From: the human T2T-CHM13v2.0 reference genome, Homo sapiens
Length of the DNA stretch: 64,000 nucleotides
Reading direction: 5' to 3' (one strand)
NCBI RefSeq assembly: GCF_009914755.1
Contig: NC_060927.1
Part shown: in pieces, positions 13,498 to 25,435 of the stretch
Numbering within the stretch: the stretch's first letter is position 1
Layout of the letters: each line of letters opens with the position of its first letter
Position numbers and translations under genes: made by a program
Notes under the pieces: model-generated
What the model was told of the DNA's origin: nothing
The model's input: the letters and a program-made list of their open reading frames with translations, nothing else
Databases searched by the model: none

Positions 13498-16149
13498 CTT
13501 TATTTCTCATCTTGCTTTTCTGCTTACTCAAGGCATCAAATGGGGCATTACTAATAAAATATACCTTTCTGAAGCGATGAAAAGAAAACAAATTTCCCTT
13601 AAGTGTGAAGGAAATTCTCTTTCATTTCATCTCACCTGTAGTGTAAACAGCCTAGAATTTGGGGATAGATTCTAATCTAGGTCCTTGTGCTTCTGGGATG
13701 TGTGGCCTTGTGATTGTTTTTTTTTTTTCTTACCTCTTGGAATCTCACTTAATTCATCTGTAAATGGGGATTAATATTTTCCTTGGATCACTGGAAGGAT
13801 TGAACACATTCATGTTATGACTGTTCAAAATTTGCCACAAACTCCAACTTTTCTACTTGTGAGATTTATTCATTTATAAATTTATTACTGGAGGCCATTC
13901 TTCTCCAACCTCTCTGTTCAGTTTTGTTCTTCCAAGTCTTACTTATCTCTGTTTCTTTGGCAGAGAATCTGCTACATACATGATAGATGGCCATGTGATG
14001 CTTAATGAATAAATGAACAAATGGAGTAGGACCACCCTGAACTCTTGTTTCTATGGAGAAGATCTGAGAGAAGATTGTGAGTTGCTGTACTTCTTCATGG
14101 GTCCCAGTTACCCATTAGTCTTTTTTTTAATCTGTAAGATCACATTAGGCCTCTGATTACCGTTCCTGCTATAGTGTTGCAAAATGGCTTCCAGGACGTT
14201 GGCTGGGAGAAAATAACAGAACTCGGCTTTGAGTCCTATGAAAAAAAAAAGCTCTGAACAGATTCTAATAGTGTTTTATGACATTATTTCTTCCATTGTA
14301 TACTGTTTTCTGTATCCTTGCTAATATGTATTGGTTAAAAGTATCTCAAAAGACTAGTGAGAAGAGAAAAATGAAATCATCTTAGAGTATGTCTCTTGCA
14401 GAACAAGAGACACAGCAGTGGGAGGAGAGTAAGATAATCAGATATGAAATAAAGCAATTTGGACAAGGGACAATAAGGGAAAAGAAAAAGAAAGAGAAAG
14501 AAGATTACAGTAGTGGGGATAAAGGGGAAATTTGTGGAAAATGTTCCTTTGTCAGTTCCAAGACTCTCAGGCCCCTGAGGGAGGTTCTGAATTCTTTTTG
14601 CCTGAATGTTAAGATGAGAAGACCTAGTTTTATTTCCTGGCTAGAAGGCTATATAGGATTCTTAGGGTTGTACGGCACTGTATGTTCAAATGATGCAACC
14701 ACCAGCAGTGACATGGTCTCCTCTGAATCACTGCCTGCTAGGCACCTAAGCTGTGCTTGCTTGCCTCCAATGGTGTGGCGCTCGCTATGCACAGCAGAGA
14801 CCCATTTCGTACTTGTTCTTCCCTATACAGAACTGCAATCTGTTTCTCTGACATTTCTTCTTGCCAGGATCCTCCGCAAACGTCAATGCCTACTGTTGGG
14901 TGACCTTGGGAACGTGATATAATCAAAGTCAGTTTTCTCACCTCCAAGATTGGGATAATAGTATCTAGTTCATTCAGTTTGGGTAAGAAATAAATGAAAA
15001 CAGTCCATGTCAAACAATGAGCACTCCCAGGTCCTTACATGTTTTTTCTTCTGTAGATTACCATTTTCTCACCAATCTGAAAGTCTTTTTGTTAATCTAC
15101 CATCCTTCCAAAATTCTTCTCAGTTTTCAGATTTTATCAAAATTATTTGGTGACCATCCCCCTACACCTCCCATCGAATCTTTGCATCACCTACACATGG
15201 AACTCACAGAGTTTCAAGAATGCCAAAGGATGTAGTTCACCTGATGTATTGGTTCAGGTTCCCTGCTATTAAGTTAAAAGTCTAAGTGCTCCTTGTCCCT
15301 TGCCATCCAGGTCCACAAATCCAATGAAGCCCTAAGATCATTTGGATAAGTTACTAGTGATTTCAGGGAAACATACAGAGTGAGATCTAGCTGCTCAATA
15401 GCCTAAGTTCATATTTTATCTAGTTATTTTCTTTACATACTTTTAATCTTATTTTGTTAGAAAAGCAATACACAATTACTGAAGAAAAATGAGAAAATAA
15501 AGATGAACAAAATATCCAACTTATATAAAATACCCATGTATAATTGTTTTAGAACTATTGCTTATTTTCCTCCAGAATTTTTTCCCATTTGATATACAAA
15601 TAGGAAATATGTTTTATAACTTGGTATTATGTTAAACAAACAGATGAATAAATCTTCTGTTTGACTCAACCATATATTTTGAAAGTTTTTGAAGTTTGAT
15701 GTCACCATTGTCTATTGTTGGGCAATTAGGATTACAATTTTTTTATTTTATACACAATATCATAGTGAACATTCTTGTATATATATCTCTCTGCATTTGG
15801 ATGACTATTACCTTAGAGCAAATTTCTTTACGTGGGACTGGTGGGTCTAAATGCATATATGAATGTGGGAGTTTTTTGTCTATTCATACTGACAAATTGA
15901 CACCAAGAAAGGACACATCTACATCTACACAATTTACAAATGTACTTATTTTCTCATATATTCTATGATTATGTATTACTAAATAAAAAGAACTTAAAAC
16001 CATGCCTCACACAATAAATGTTAGCTACAGTGATTCCTGTCATTATTATTCTATTACTGTTGTTTTCTTGATGTTGTCATTATTTTTTTTCCATTTCTTC
16101 CCAGTGAATAGCCTGTGATTTAATTAAAATGGATTATTTGCTTTTTCTT

Positions 16150-16520
16150 GGAAGTATCCCACATGTCAAATCTCTGCATCTTGCTCATGGTTTTTGCTCT
16201 GATTAGAATGTCTCTCTTCCTCGTCTGTCAATATTCTATCCATCCTTCAAAGTCTATGTTACATAAAGGTCCTTCATTAAGCTTTTTAAATTTTCCCCTG
16301 AAGCCATCAACTGCATGATCTATCTCTTCATCTTTTGAACCCCTAATCGCATTTGGGACATCCCTTTTTGAATTATAGGCATTCGTATTCTTGGTTTAGG
16401 ATGTAACTATTAGAGTGTAACTTGTTTCTTTGACTTTGAGAAATGTGTGTTTCATAGCTGCGTTGCCTGTAGTGCCTAGCGTCATGATAGGGACATAGTA
16501 GGTGTTAAACAAATGTCAAA
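16150..16520 (+). mobile_element. L2 LINE 3' end
   Basis: TAGAATGTCTCTC...CATCCTTCAAAG...AGTGCCTAGC...CATAGTAGGTGTTAAACAAATG. Confidence 0.6.
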
Positions 16521-16699
16521 TTGAAGGGGCCAGATGTTAATGAAGTGTGATAGTCTTAAGCATCTTTACAAAGAGCCAGTTGTTTACTAAAAAGAAATGA
16601 ATTCATAGGCAAATCATCACAAAAGGAGTTTACTATTTCTTTTTGCGATATATACTGCCCTTAGATACTTTCAGCAAGGCACAGGCACACTTGATAATT

Positions 16700-16910
16700 G
16701 TACTTTAGGTGGCCTTTTCGGAAACTTATATCCTGGGAGACACATTTTCGCTTCATTGGCTTCCCCAGGGCTCACAAATCTGACCACTCTCCTACTTTTT
16801 TTGGCCACAGGATGTTTGCATAGCATGATCAGAGAGGATTTGTTACACAGAAGTCAACAAAAATGGCCTTCGATAACAGGGAAAATCCCTTGCATTAGCA
16901 TAGACACATT
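16700..16910. promoter_or_regulatory. Candidate enhancer/promoter motif cluster (NF-kB, POU/octamer-like, IRF-like, EBF-like)
   Basis: GGGAAAATCCC 16879-16889 next to TTGCATTAGCAT 16890-16901; TTTGCATAGCAT 16815-16826; TTTTCGCTTC; TCCCCAGGG; retained CpGs; motif evidence only. Confidence 0.35.
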
Positions 16911-17125
16911 GAGTCCATAAACTGATTTCACAGATGTTATTGCACAATTTCCAAGGCCAACTGAAGAGGCTTAAAACTCTGTGGCTACAAATTTAAAAAA
17001 AAGATTAACAAAGTTCTCCATTTATTTTGGTATGTCAGATAGCACTGAGTAAACTGTTCTTAGTGGGTTCTCGGTAAATAAGGTTGTCCACCCACCAGGA
17101 CCTAGAAACCGCAGAGTGGCATCTC

Positions 17126-17146
17126 AAAAAAAAAAAAAAAAAAAAA
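17126..17146 (+). repeat. Poly(A) tract (A21)
   Basis: Seen directly. Confidence 0.95.
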
Positions 17147-18699
17147 GAACAAAAAAATGCTATGGTTACACTGATTTAAGCACTCACCCTGAACCCTAGG
17201 TTTGTACTCATTTCTCATCCACCAGCTGAGACAAAAGCTTAAGAGTGTGACTAAGGACTTGTCAGGCAACTTCAATATCTAATGAATTATAGTCATTCCT
17301 GATAGCCAGAGATGGGGATCATGATGAATCCAGCCCGAAGATATGCTTTTTCAGGTTAATCTCCCAGGCTAAAGTTGTTTTTGTAATAGTAGCTGACACA
17401 CTGGGATTTTTGAAAAACCTGAAAGGAACTTAAGGGATTTATGGATAGAATTTTGGATCTAGATGGCACCTAAACTCTAGTTCCAGTCCTATTATTTGAT
17501 GATTTGTCATTTTCAGGCAGTCCTACTAGGATCTGTCTCAGCTTGAGAGATGATTGCCATAGGATCAATACTTCGTACTGCAGTGTTTCAGGCTGCATTC
17601 TCTGAGTGGGGGTGGAAGGCAGCTCTGGGTGTTTACTCAGCCACAGGGAAAAGAGGGAGATCTGGAGAAGACAGTGTGATTTGTAGAGCCAGGAAGCCTT
17701 GGGGGCCCCAGCAGTATTAGACAAAACCTTTATCTCTCTTCATATGCAGATGTTTTCTCTGTGGATTAAATAATTTTGAAGGAATGAATGAAATGCCCCC
17801 CTACTATGCCTTCTGTTTCTCCACAACTCAGGTAGACCCACTTGAAGAAAATGTAATGAAAGGAAGCTTCGAGTATATTAGTGATGTTTTATTTCTTATG
17901 CCAAAGGATAAGTATACAGTTTTCTTTGTGTTTTATATTTCATACCTTTTGCTCTATTTTGAATGTTACATAACACAACAGTTTTTAAAGGAAGAAAAGA
18001 GAAAAATATAGGGTTTTGTATATTTGGTTAATAAACAGTTAATTTGTGATGCAACAATATCTTTCCTTTACCCAAATTTCTGTTTCTGGTGATATGGAAC
18101 TAGCATGGGGTGGGTAAGGGAAGTGAAGTTGGGGGAAAAGCCATGGTACCTGGGGTTCACGTTCATGAAGGATCTGAAACTTGGTCATTTGAGATTGTGT
18201 GGAACTAAGGTTATCTTATAGTCACAGACGTACAGTTTCAAGATCAAAAGGGAGGCTCATTTATCAATTTTGCGCTAGTTGTCCCAGCACTGAACCACAT
18301 AGCCCGAAGTACACTGTGAATTGTTAATCTAAAAATTATACATACTCATATGCACATCACTACTTAAAATTATACATTGGCATTTCTTATATTTTTACAT
18401 ATGAAAATATTGGAGGAGTCTGCACTTTCTCTGACTGTAAAAGAGTCCTGTTGTGGAGCTGCTACAGCACAGAGACAGATGATAAACTCTGAGCTCAGAG
18501 ATAAAGGTTCCAGTCTCAGATTCACAGCAAATGGGCCATCGAAGTCAGGGCTTAGAGCCTTCTTATCTTTTCAAAATAATCACATGTGATGAAATGTGTG
18601 ACTGTGGTGAAGTGAGACTCTTTAAAGGCCGTAAGCATAGATTACATGTCTTATGAGACTGATGCACTGCTGGCTACACTAAGAGGGCAGCCTCTTGTG

Positions 18700-18960
18700 T
18701 ATTTTAATGTTGGTTAAAGTTTCATTGAGCCCTTCCTTTGTTCCTAAGCTCTTTACCTATATTTTCTCATTTTATCTTCCCAACATCCCATGTGATAGCC
18801 CCTATGATTATCACTATTTTACTGATGAGGACATTGAAGCTTAGGAGGGTTAAGTAACTTGTCCAGGTTCTATTATTATTAGTTTTCTGAGCAGGTATTT
18901 GAGCTAAGGACGGTCTAACCTCAAAGTCTCTGTGTTTAAACCATATGTCATGCTATAGCC
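18700..18960 (-). mobile_element. MIR SINE
   Basis: TTTTACTGATGAGGACATTGAAGCTTAGGAGGGTTAAGTAACTTGTCCAGG core. Confidence 0.75.
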
Positions 18961-19634
18961 ATTATGGGCAGTCCGAAAGCTCTCACTGATCAATTTTTTG
19001 ACTGGCATAGAGATAGAGGGCTCCAGCCAGTCCCAAGTAGAGTCAGAGACTTCTTCAACCCCCTAGGTATTTTAGCACTACCTGCTTTTATGAAAATCCA
19101 TTCACGTTAAAGTAGAAGTGAATGGTCAATTAGTAATATGATTATTAAACTGTCAAAAATCTAGCCTTTTTGTAAATATTTGGCCTGAAGTACAAGAGGA
19201 GAAGAGAAGTTCTGGCTGTAGTACAATTTAGAAAACCATTTTATAATGTTTCTCTTAAGATTGTTCAAATATATTTCAATTTAGCAATAAACAAGAAGAG
19301 AGAAAAGGAAGACATTTCAATCATCTGACAAATAATGTTAAGAGAATGCATTGGGATATTTAATTCCTAACTAAATGTCATCTTTTAAAACTCAAATGTC
19401 CTTGGGTGGAATGACTAATGAAGTTAGTTTACGGGAAGGCAAGTTTAACAGAATGGTTACATATCCGGGCTGTAGAATTATACCACTCTAGGTATGAATT
19501 CTGCTATTTCATAAATGGTGATGATATAGAAAGGAGATGAATAAAACAATTCAAGCTATCCAGTAATCCAAAGCATTTGCCCTAGTCATGATTAGATATG
19601 TGCCATAAGTAGCTATCAAAATTTTCACAAATGT

Positions 19635-20120
19635 ATGTAACAGAAAATCCAATTCAAACTCATTTGAAAAAAAAAAAAATTGGTTCAGCTTTAAGCATCA
19701 TGAGCTAGCTCCAAGCTAAAATTTATTTCATCAGGATCCAGCAACCTGCCTTTATCTCTTGACTGCCTTTTGTTCTTTGTTAGCTCCATTCTTAGATGAT
19801 TGTCCTAATGGGATGTCAGGATGGTTGCAAATGAGTTCAGTCTTAGATTCAGTTTTAAGTTCAGAATTGGAATACCTTATTTCTTAGTTTTTCAAGGTAC
19901 AGTACTAGGGTTAAGTTTGATTGAATCAATTGTCTTGGTCTCTGTTACATCCCTATAAGCATTCATGGAGTCAAGAGGATGGGGTGTTCCAGAAGCCAGG
20001 ACTGTGCCCCATTTCTTGCAAAATCACATCGTGCTAGTATGAGGAAAGGGATTTCCTAGAGACAGTTGGAGTACTTTTACTAAAGATGGGGTTGATAAAT
20101 TGTAGGCAGGAAAAAAAAAA
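19635..20120. mobile_element. Old MaLR LTR (MLT1J/K-like)
   Basis: GTAACAGAAAATCCAATTCAAACT terminus and diverged internal MLT1 motifs. Confidence 0.5.
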
Positions 20121-20289
20121 AACAGAATTCTATACATACATTTTTTAAAAAGATCTATGCACTACTGGATACAAATAAGGTGCATTTCCTTTCTGGGGAG
20201 GAATATGCATGCTTCCAAAAGGGAGGCTTGCCAGCCACCTGACGATGGGTTGCTTCTTTCCAGGCTGTTCTGAGCTCTGGTTTAGCTGC

Positions 20290-20430
20290 TGATTTGAAAA
20301 GTCCCCTCTTGCATAACAATTACACCTGGCACACCCACTTGGGAGCATGCAGGAGAATTTTCTTCATCCTTTCTTAAAGATGCAATTGTTTCTGACAGCC
20401 AGTGTCATCTGCGTTGACAGATGTCACTTC
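20290..20430. promoter_or_regulatory. Candidate enhancer (kB-like site, Sox-Oct composite, E-boxes)
   Basis: GAAAAGTCCCC 20296-20306; TTGCATAACAAT 20309-20320; CACCTG 20323-20328; inverted E-box pair 20401-20428. Confidence 0.35.
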
Positions 20431-22080
20431 TGACTCTCATTCCCCGCAGACAACTCAGCTCAAGGAGACCGCTAGGCTCTCACAATAGGTTTAACTCTTA
20501 CCTACAAAAGCCAAAGCACTGAAATGTTTAGGTTTGTGGGATTCTCATGGTAATATAAATAGGAGGGTGAGGGTTCTCTGTGCAATAACGCACAACTCAT
20601 GTACTTTCCTAGTCACCACTTATCAGGTGGTCTTCAAATTATTTGTTCAAATACACTGCAATGTAAACTCTAAGAGAAGCAGACATTGAGTCTTGTGCTT
20701 TGCTTTGCCCTTTGTGACTAGCACAGTGCTGGGCACATAGTAGAAGATAACTATGTAGTAGAAGATAGAGAAATATTTGTTGAATGGCTGACTGAATGAC
20801 TGAATATGGGAATTTTAAATGAAATTTAGCACTAATTTGGTTATCGTGTGTGTCTGTGTATCTGTGTGTTACAATATAACCAGGGCCTGTCATTTCTTCC
20901 TGTTGTTCATATGGGAAATCGAGGCACAGTAGTTAGGGAATTTGTATCAATCCCAATAGGTAATTAATACCATGGCTGAAATATAGATGTTTTAGCTCTA
21001 TTTTTGAAATCTCTTATTGAAATTTCAGCTCTCTCAAATATTTTTAATAGTATTTTCCAATTCATTTACAGCCTAGTTCATTCAACATATACTCATTACA
21101 TAATTACTGTTTTTCAGACATGTTTACATTCTCATTTTGATTTTGAACCTCACAGCAAGGAAGGTATCCCTATCTTCACCCTATATGAAAAGGTGGAGGT
21201 TCAGTGGGTGATGTGAATTTTATAAAATCAGGAAGAGAAAGGGTAACACCAAGAATCAAACTGAGTTCTTCTGATCCCACGTCTGATGCTTGTCTCCACT
21301 GGGAAACGATGCCTTGTAGTCTATTGAGTATGTGGGCATTGGGGGCTCCCTTTAAGTCTCAGAGGCTCTTCCGTGTAGTGAACTTCATGACTGACATGCT
21401 TCTTTACTGAGCTTTGTTGATGTATGGTTATAAAACAGTAATAGCCCGGCCCATTATTTTTCACAATTATGACTGCTGTTGGAATTCAGTCTAGACTTTG
21501 CCGTTGATTTCTCATTCATTTTTTTCCAGACATAAATTAATGAAATGGAATAGAAGGCTGAAAGATCACCATATGCACAATTCTCTTTGGATCTTAAGAT
21601 CTCTGAGTCACAATTTTTCAATGACTGAAAAATGGCAGGGACACAACCTTTTATTTTCATCAGCTCATCAAAAATAATAAGAGGAAAATAAATTTTGAGT
21701 ACATGGAACATCAGATTTCTTTGTCTAAATACCTAACTTGGAATATATTCTGCTGATGGCTCAATGCCTGGCTGTCTGACTTCTTAACTGAGGTTATTAG
21801 TAAAAGTAATATTTTTGAATTCTCAGCCCCACCACTATGGTATACATATTTTCTTAAATATGAATGCTTTAGAATTTTTAATCATGGATGATAGAAATAA
21901 TGCTCATAGTGTTATGAACAAATAAATATAATGCCTTGATGACTCCATTTAGTATTTTTCTTCTAATGATCTCAAAAAAGATTTCCATAATCTATGTTAT
22001 TTTTCATGTACTTCATTTATTTCCCAGGTGTGCAAATTGTGGCATGGAAAGTTTGAGAAATGTTTCAAAAGAAGATAATC

Positions 22081-22890
22081 AATTAATTTATTTAACTTTT
22101 AAGTTCAGGGGGGTACATGTGCATGTTTGTTATATAGGTAACCTCATGTCATTGGGGTTCGTTGTACAGATTATTTTGTCATCCATGTATTAAGCCTAGT
22201 ACCCATTAGTTATTTTTCCTGATCCTCTCCCTCCTTCCACCCTCCACCCTCCAGTAGGCCCCACTGTGTGTTGTTACCACCCCCAATGTGTCCATGTGCT
22301 CTCATCATTTAGCTCCCACTTATAAGTGAGACCATGCTGTATTTGCTTTTCTGTTTCTGCGTTAGTTTGCTAAGGACAAAAGCCTCCAGCTTCATCCATA
22401 TTCCCACAAAAGACATGATCTTATTCTTTGGTGTGGCTGCTTAGTATTCCATGGCTATCTTTACCACATTTTCTTTATTCAGTCCACCACTGATGGGCAT
22501 TTAGATTGATTTCATGTCTTTGCTATTGTGAATAGTGTGGTCATGAACATATGTATGCATGTGTATTTTTGATAGAATGATTTATGTTCCTTTGGGTGTA
22601 CACCCAGTAATGGGATTGCTGAGTCAAATGGTATTTCTGTTTTTAGGTCTTTGAGAAATCACCACACTGTTTTCCACAAGGGTTGAAGTAATTTACACTC
22701 CCACTAACAGTGTATAAGTGTTCCTTTTTGCCTGCAACCTCGCCTGCATCTCTTATTTTTTGACTTTTTAATAATAGCCATTTTGACTTGTGTGAGATAG
22801 TATCTCATTGTGCTTTTTATTTGCATTTCCCTAATGATCAGTGATGCGAGCTTTTTTTTTATTCATATGCTTATTGGCTGCATGTAAGTC
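22081..22890 (-). mobile_element. LINE-1 L1PA13-like 3' fragment with TSD
   Basis: TTGTACAGATTATTT...CCTAGTACCCATTAGTTATTTTTCCTGATCCTCTCCC; TSD TCAAAAGAAGA at 22065-22075 and 22889-22899. Confidence 0.9.
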
Positions 22891-23209
22891 AAAAGAAGAC
22901 ACTTTAGATTCAAAGGCATGACTCTGAATTCTTTATCTTCTCCACTCTACCAGGCTGCTGGCTTTGACTATGCATTTTTGGATATGAGAAATAGAGTCTT
23001 AATTAAGACAATTCAAATAAAGTGAATAGCAAGCTGTCATAAGGATTTTTGTGAAGGTAATAAATGCAATAGGAAAGATTACACGTAACCTCCATGGATA
23101 AGATGCTTTGTTTTGCTTCCATGATGCAGAGGTTTTGTTTTCATTCATCATCGTGAATGAAAATGTTAACATATATTTAAATGAATAATAAAAACAATAG
23201 TATGAATAA

Positions 23210-23450
23210 AAATAGCTACCATTTATTGAGTGCACACCATGTGCCAATCATGATGCCAAGACCCTTACATAGATCAGTTTATCCTCCTAATAGTCCAATG
23301 AAGCTAGTAGTATTATCCCATTTTTACAGGTGAGAAAAATAGCAATTTTAGTAAATGTCCAGCTCAAGATTATATAGCTAGTAGGTAAAGGAACTGAGAT
23401 GGAATTATAGAACTACAGATATAAAAGCCAGTGCCGTTAGCCACTACCAG
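23210..23450 (-). mobile_element. MIR SINE
   Basis: AGCTACCATTTATTGAGTG...ATTATCCCATTTTTACAGGTGAG. Confidence 0.8.
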
Positions 23451-23923
23451 AACCCAAAAACATGAGCTGCTGGAGACAAGCTAGATCTAGTGAGATGCTT
23501 AGTATTATCTCAGACCTTATTTCTTTTTCAGTCTTTCTTTCTGTCTCATGGCCCACACACGGTCTTCTATTGCTTTTACTAATTTTCTTCTCTTCTCTCA
23601 CTCTTGACTTGCCTATTCCCTCCTTCTTCCCTGAAAGTTTTCTATTCAGACTATGACTTCTTCTTCCTTATGGACTCTGCTTCTTCATAACTTGGGATTG
23701 CCATGACCTCTTGCATCTTAACTCTGTCTCAGAAGATTAAATCTATCTCATACTCTCATATTTTAAAAAAATCTATTTAATACTTTAAGCTTCAGTTCCT
23801 GTTGCCAATCACCTCATTTCTTATGAGTTTTAAAATTCAAATTATCAAGAGCAAGAATCCAGTTAGTCCAGCTCCTTTTCGGGGGCCAGCCTAGGTTACT
23901 GGGAAGCCTGTGTATGCATTGAC

Positions 23924-25433
23924 TGGGCTGAGGGCTGGGGCTGAGCCTGAGGTGGGTCTTCTGTTCCCTGTGCTCCCCTGCACAGCAGCCTCCCTTATGG
24001 GCTATGGGGCAGCCGCAGGAGAGGCAGGCTGAGAGGGGCTGCCACAGCTTTTCACTTTGGCTGGATGTCAGAGGACTCGGACACCAGCTTCCCATCGCAG
24101 GTCTCAATCATCTTCACAACCACGGCCCTGGCGGAACTGGTGCGGCTGAAGGAGGGGGACCCCGCGCCAGAGCCAAAGCTAGAGCCCAGGCCATAGCTGA
24201 GACCGGGCTTGTGAGACCCCCATAGGCTGAGCTCAGCACACCTCCACCGCCACTGGTGGTCTTCTATGGATACTCCTGTTCTGCATCCCAGACTCCAGCC
24301 GGCTCTCCTTGCCCTCCAGCAGCTTCCTGTAGGTGGCGATCTCTATGTCCAGGGCCAGCTTGACGTTCATCAGCTCCTGGTATTCACGCAGCTGCCACGC
24401 CATGTCCTGCTTGGCCCGCTGCAGGGCGGCCTCCAGCTCGGACAGCTTGGCGTTGGCATCCTTAACCACCAAATCCCCGTGCAGCTCGGCATCTGTGATG
24501 GCGGCCTCCAGGGAAGCCCTCTGGTCAACATGAGCCTGGAGCTGGCTGATGTTCCCGTATATCTAGGAGATCTCAGTCTGTGCGCCGCCGGTCATCCCCG
24601 TGCTTCCCAGCCAGCGTCTGCAGCTCCTCATACTTGATCTGGTACATGCTCTCGGCCTCAGCCCGGCTGCAGTTGGCGATCTCCTCCTACTGTGCCTTGA
24701 CCTCAGCAATGATGCTGTCCATGTCCAGGGAGCAGCTGTTGTCCATGGACAGCACCACAGACGTGTCTGAGATCTGGGACTGCAGCTCCCGGATCTCCTC
24801 TTCATATAGCTGCATGAGGAAGTTGATCTCGTCAGTCAGCCCTTCCAGGCGAGACCCTAGCTCTACCTTGTTCATGGAAGCTTCATCTGCATCCTTCTTG
24901 ATGAGGACAAATTCATTCTCCATCTCTGTACGCTTATTGATCTCATCCTCATACTTGTTCTTGAAGTCCTCCACCAGCGGCTGCATGTTGCCAAGCTCCG
25001 CCTCCAGCTTCAGCTTCTCCTGGCCCAGTCTCCAGCTGCCACCTAAGGTTGTTGACGTAGCTCTCAAACATGTTGTCCATGTTGCTCCGAGCCGTCTGCT
25101 GCTGCTGCAGGAGGCTCCACTTGGTCTCCAGCATCTTGTTCTGCTGCTCTAGGGACCTTACCTTGTCGACGAAGGAGGCAAACTTGTTGAGGGTCTTGAT
25201 CTGCTCCTCCTGGGTGCGCATGGCCTGGATATTGGGGTCCACCTCCAGGTTAAGGGGGCTCAGCAGGCTTTGGTTGACCGGGACGGTGGTGATGCCTCCC
25301 ACACCGCTGGTCCCACCATAGCCTCCACCCAGGCCACCTCGGAAGCTGCTGCTGCCCACTTAAGAGAAGTTCGAGGAGCTGAGCGGGCTGAACCAGGCAG
25401 AAATTCCAGAAGGAGTGGAGAAGCTGCTTCTTG
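23924..25433 (-). pseudogene. KRT8P: Processed keratin 8 pseudogene (intronless; frameshifts, premature stops, start codon deleted, 3' UTR truncated); locus number not determined
   Basis: Split ORFs encode type II keratin K8 segments: [89 protein letters not shown]; no introns; KRT8-like 5' UTR (CAAGAAGCAGCTTCTCC) and proximal 3' UTR present; in-frame TAG at 24687-24689. Confidence 0.97.
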
Positions 25434-25435
25434 CT

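Noticed and set aside
17120-17157. CATCTC followed by an A21 tract as an extremely truncated Alu
   Set aside because: Only 6 nt of Alu-like sequence and no TSD; treated as a simple poly(A).
24580-25152. 190-aa + strand ORF and other + ORFs over 24004-25321
   Set aside because: Antisense shadow of the GC-rich keratin coding sequence; no independent coding evidence.
24233-25359. Keratin ORFs as a functional CDS
   Set aside because: Split across frames by frameshifts and stops, start codon deleted, no introns: a pseudogene.
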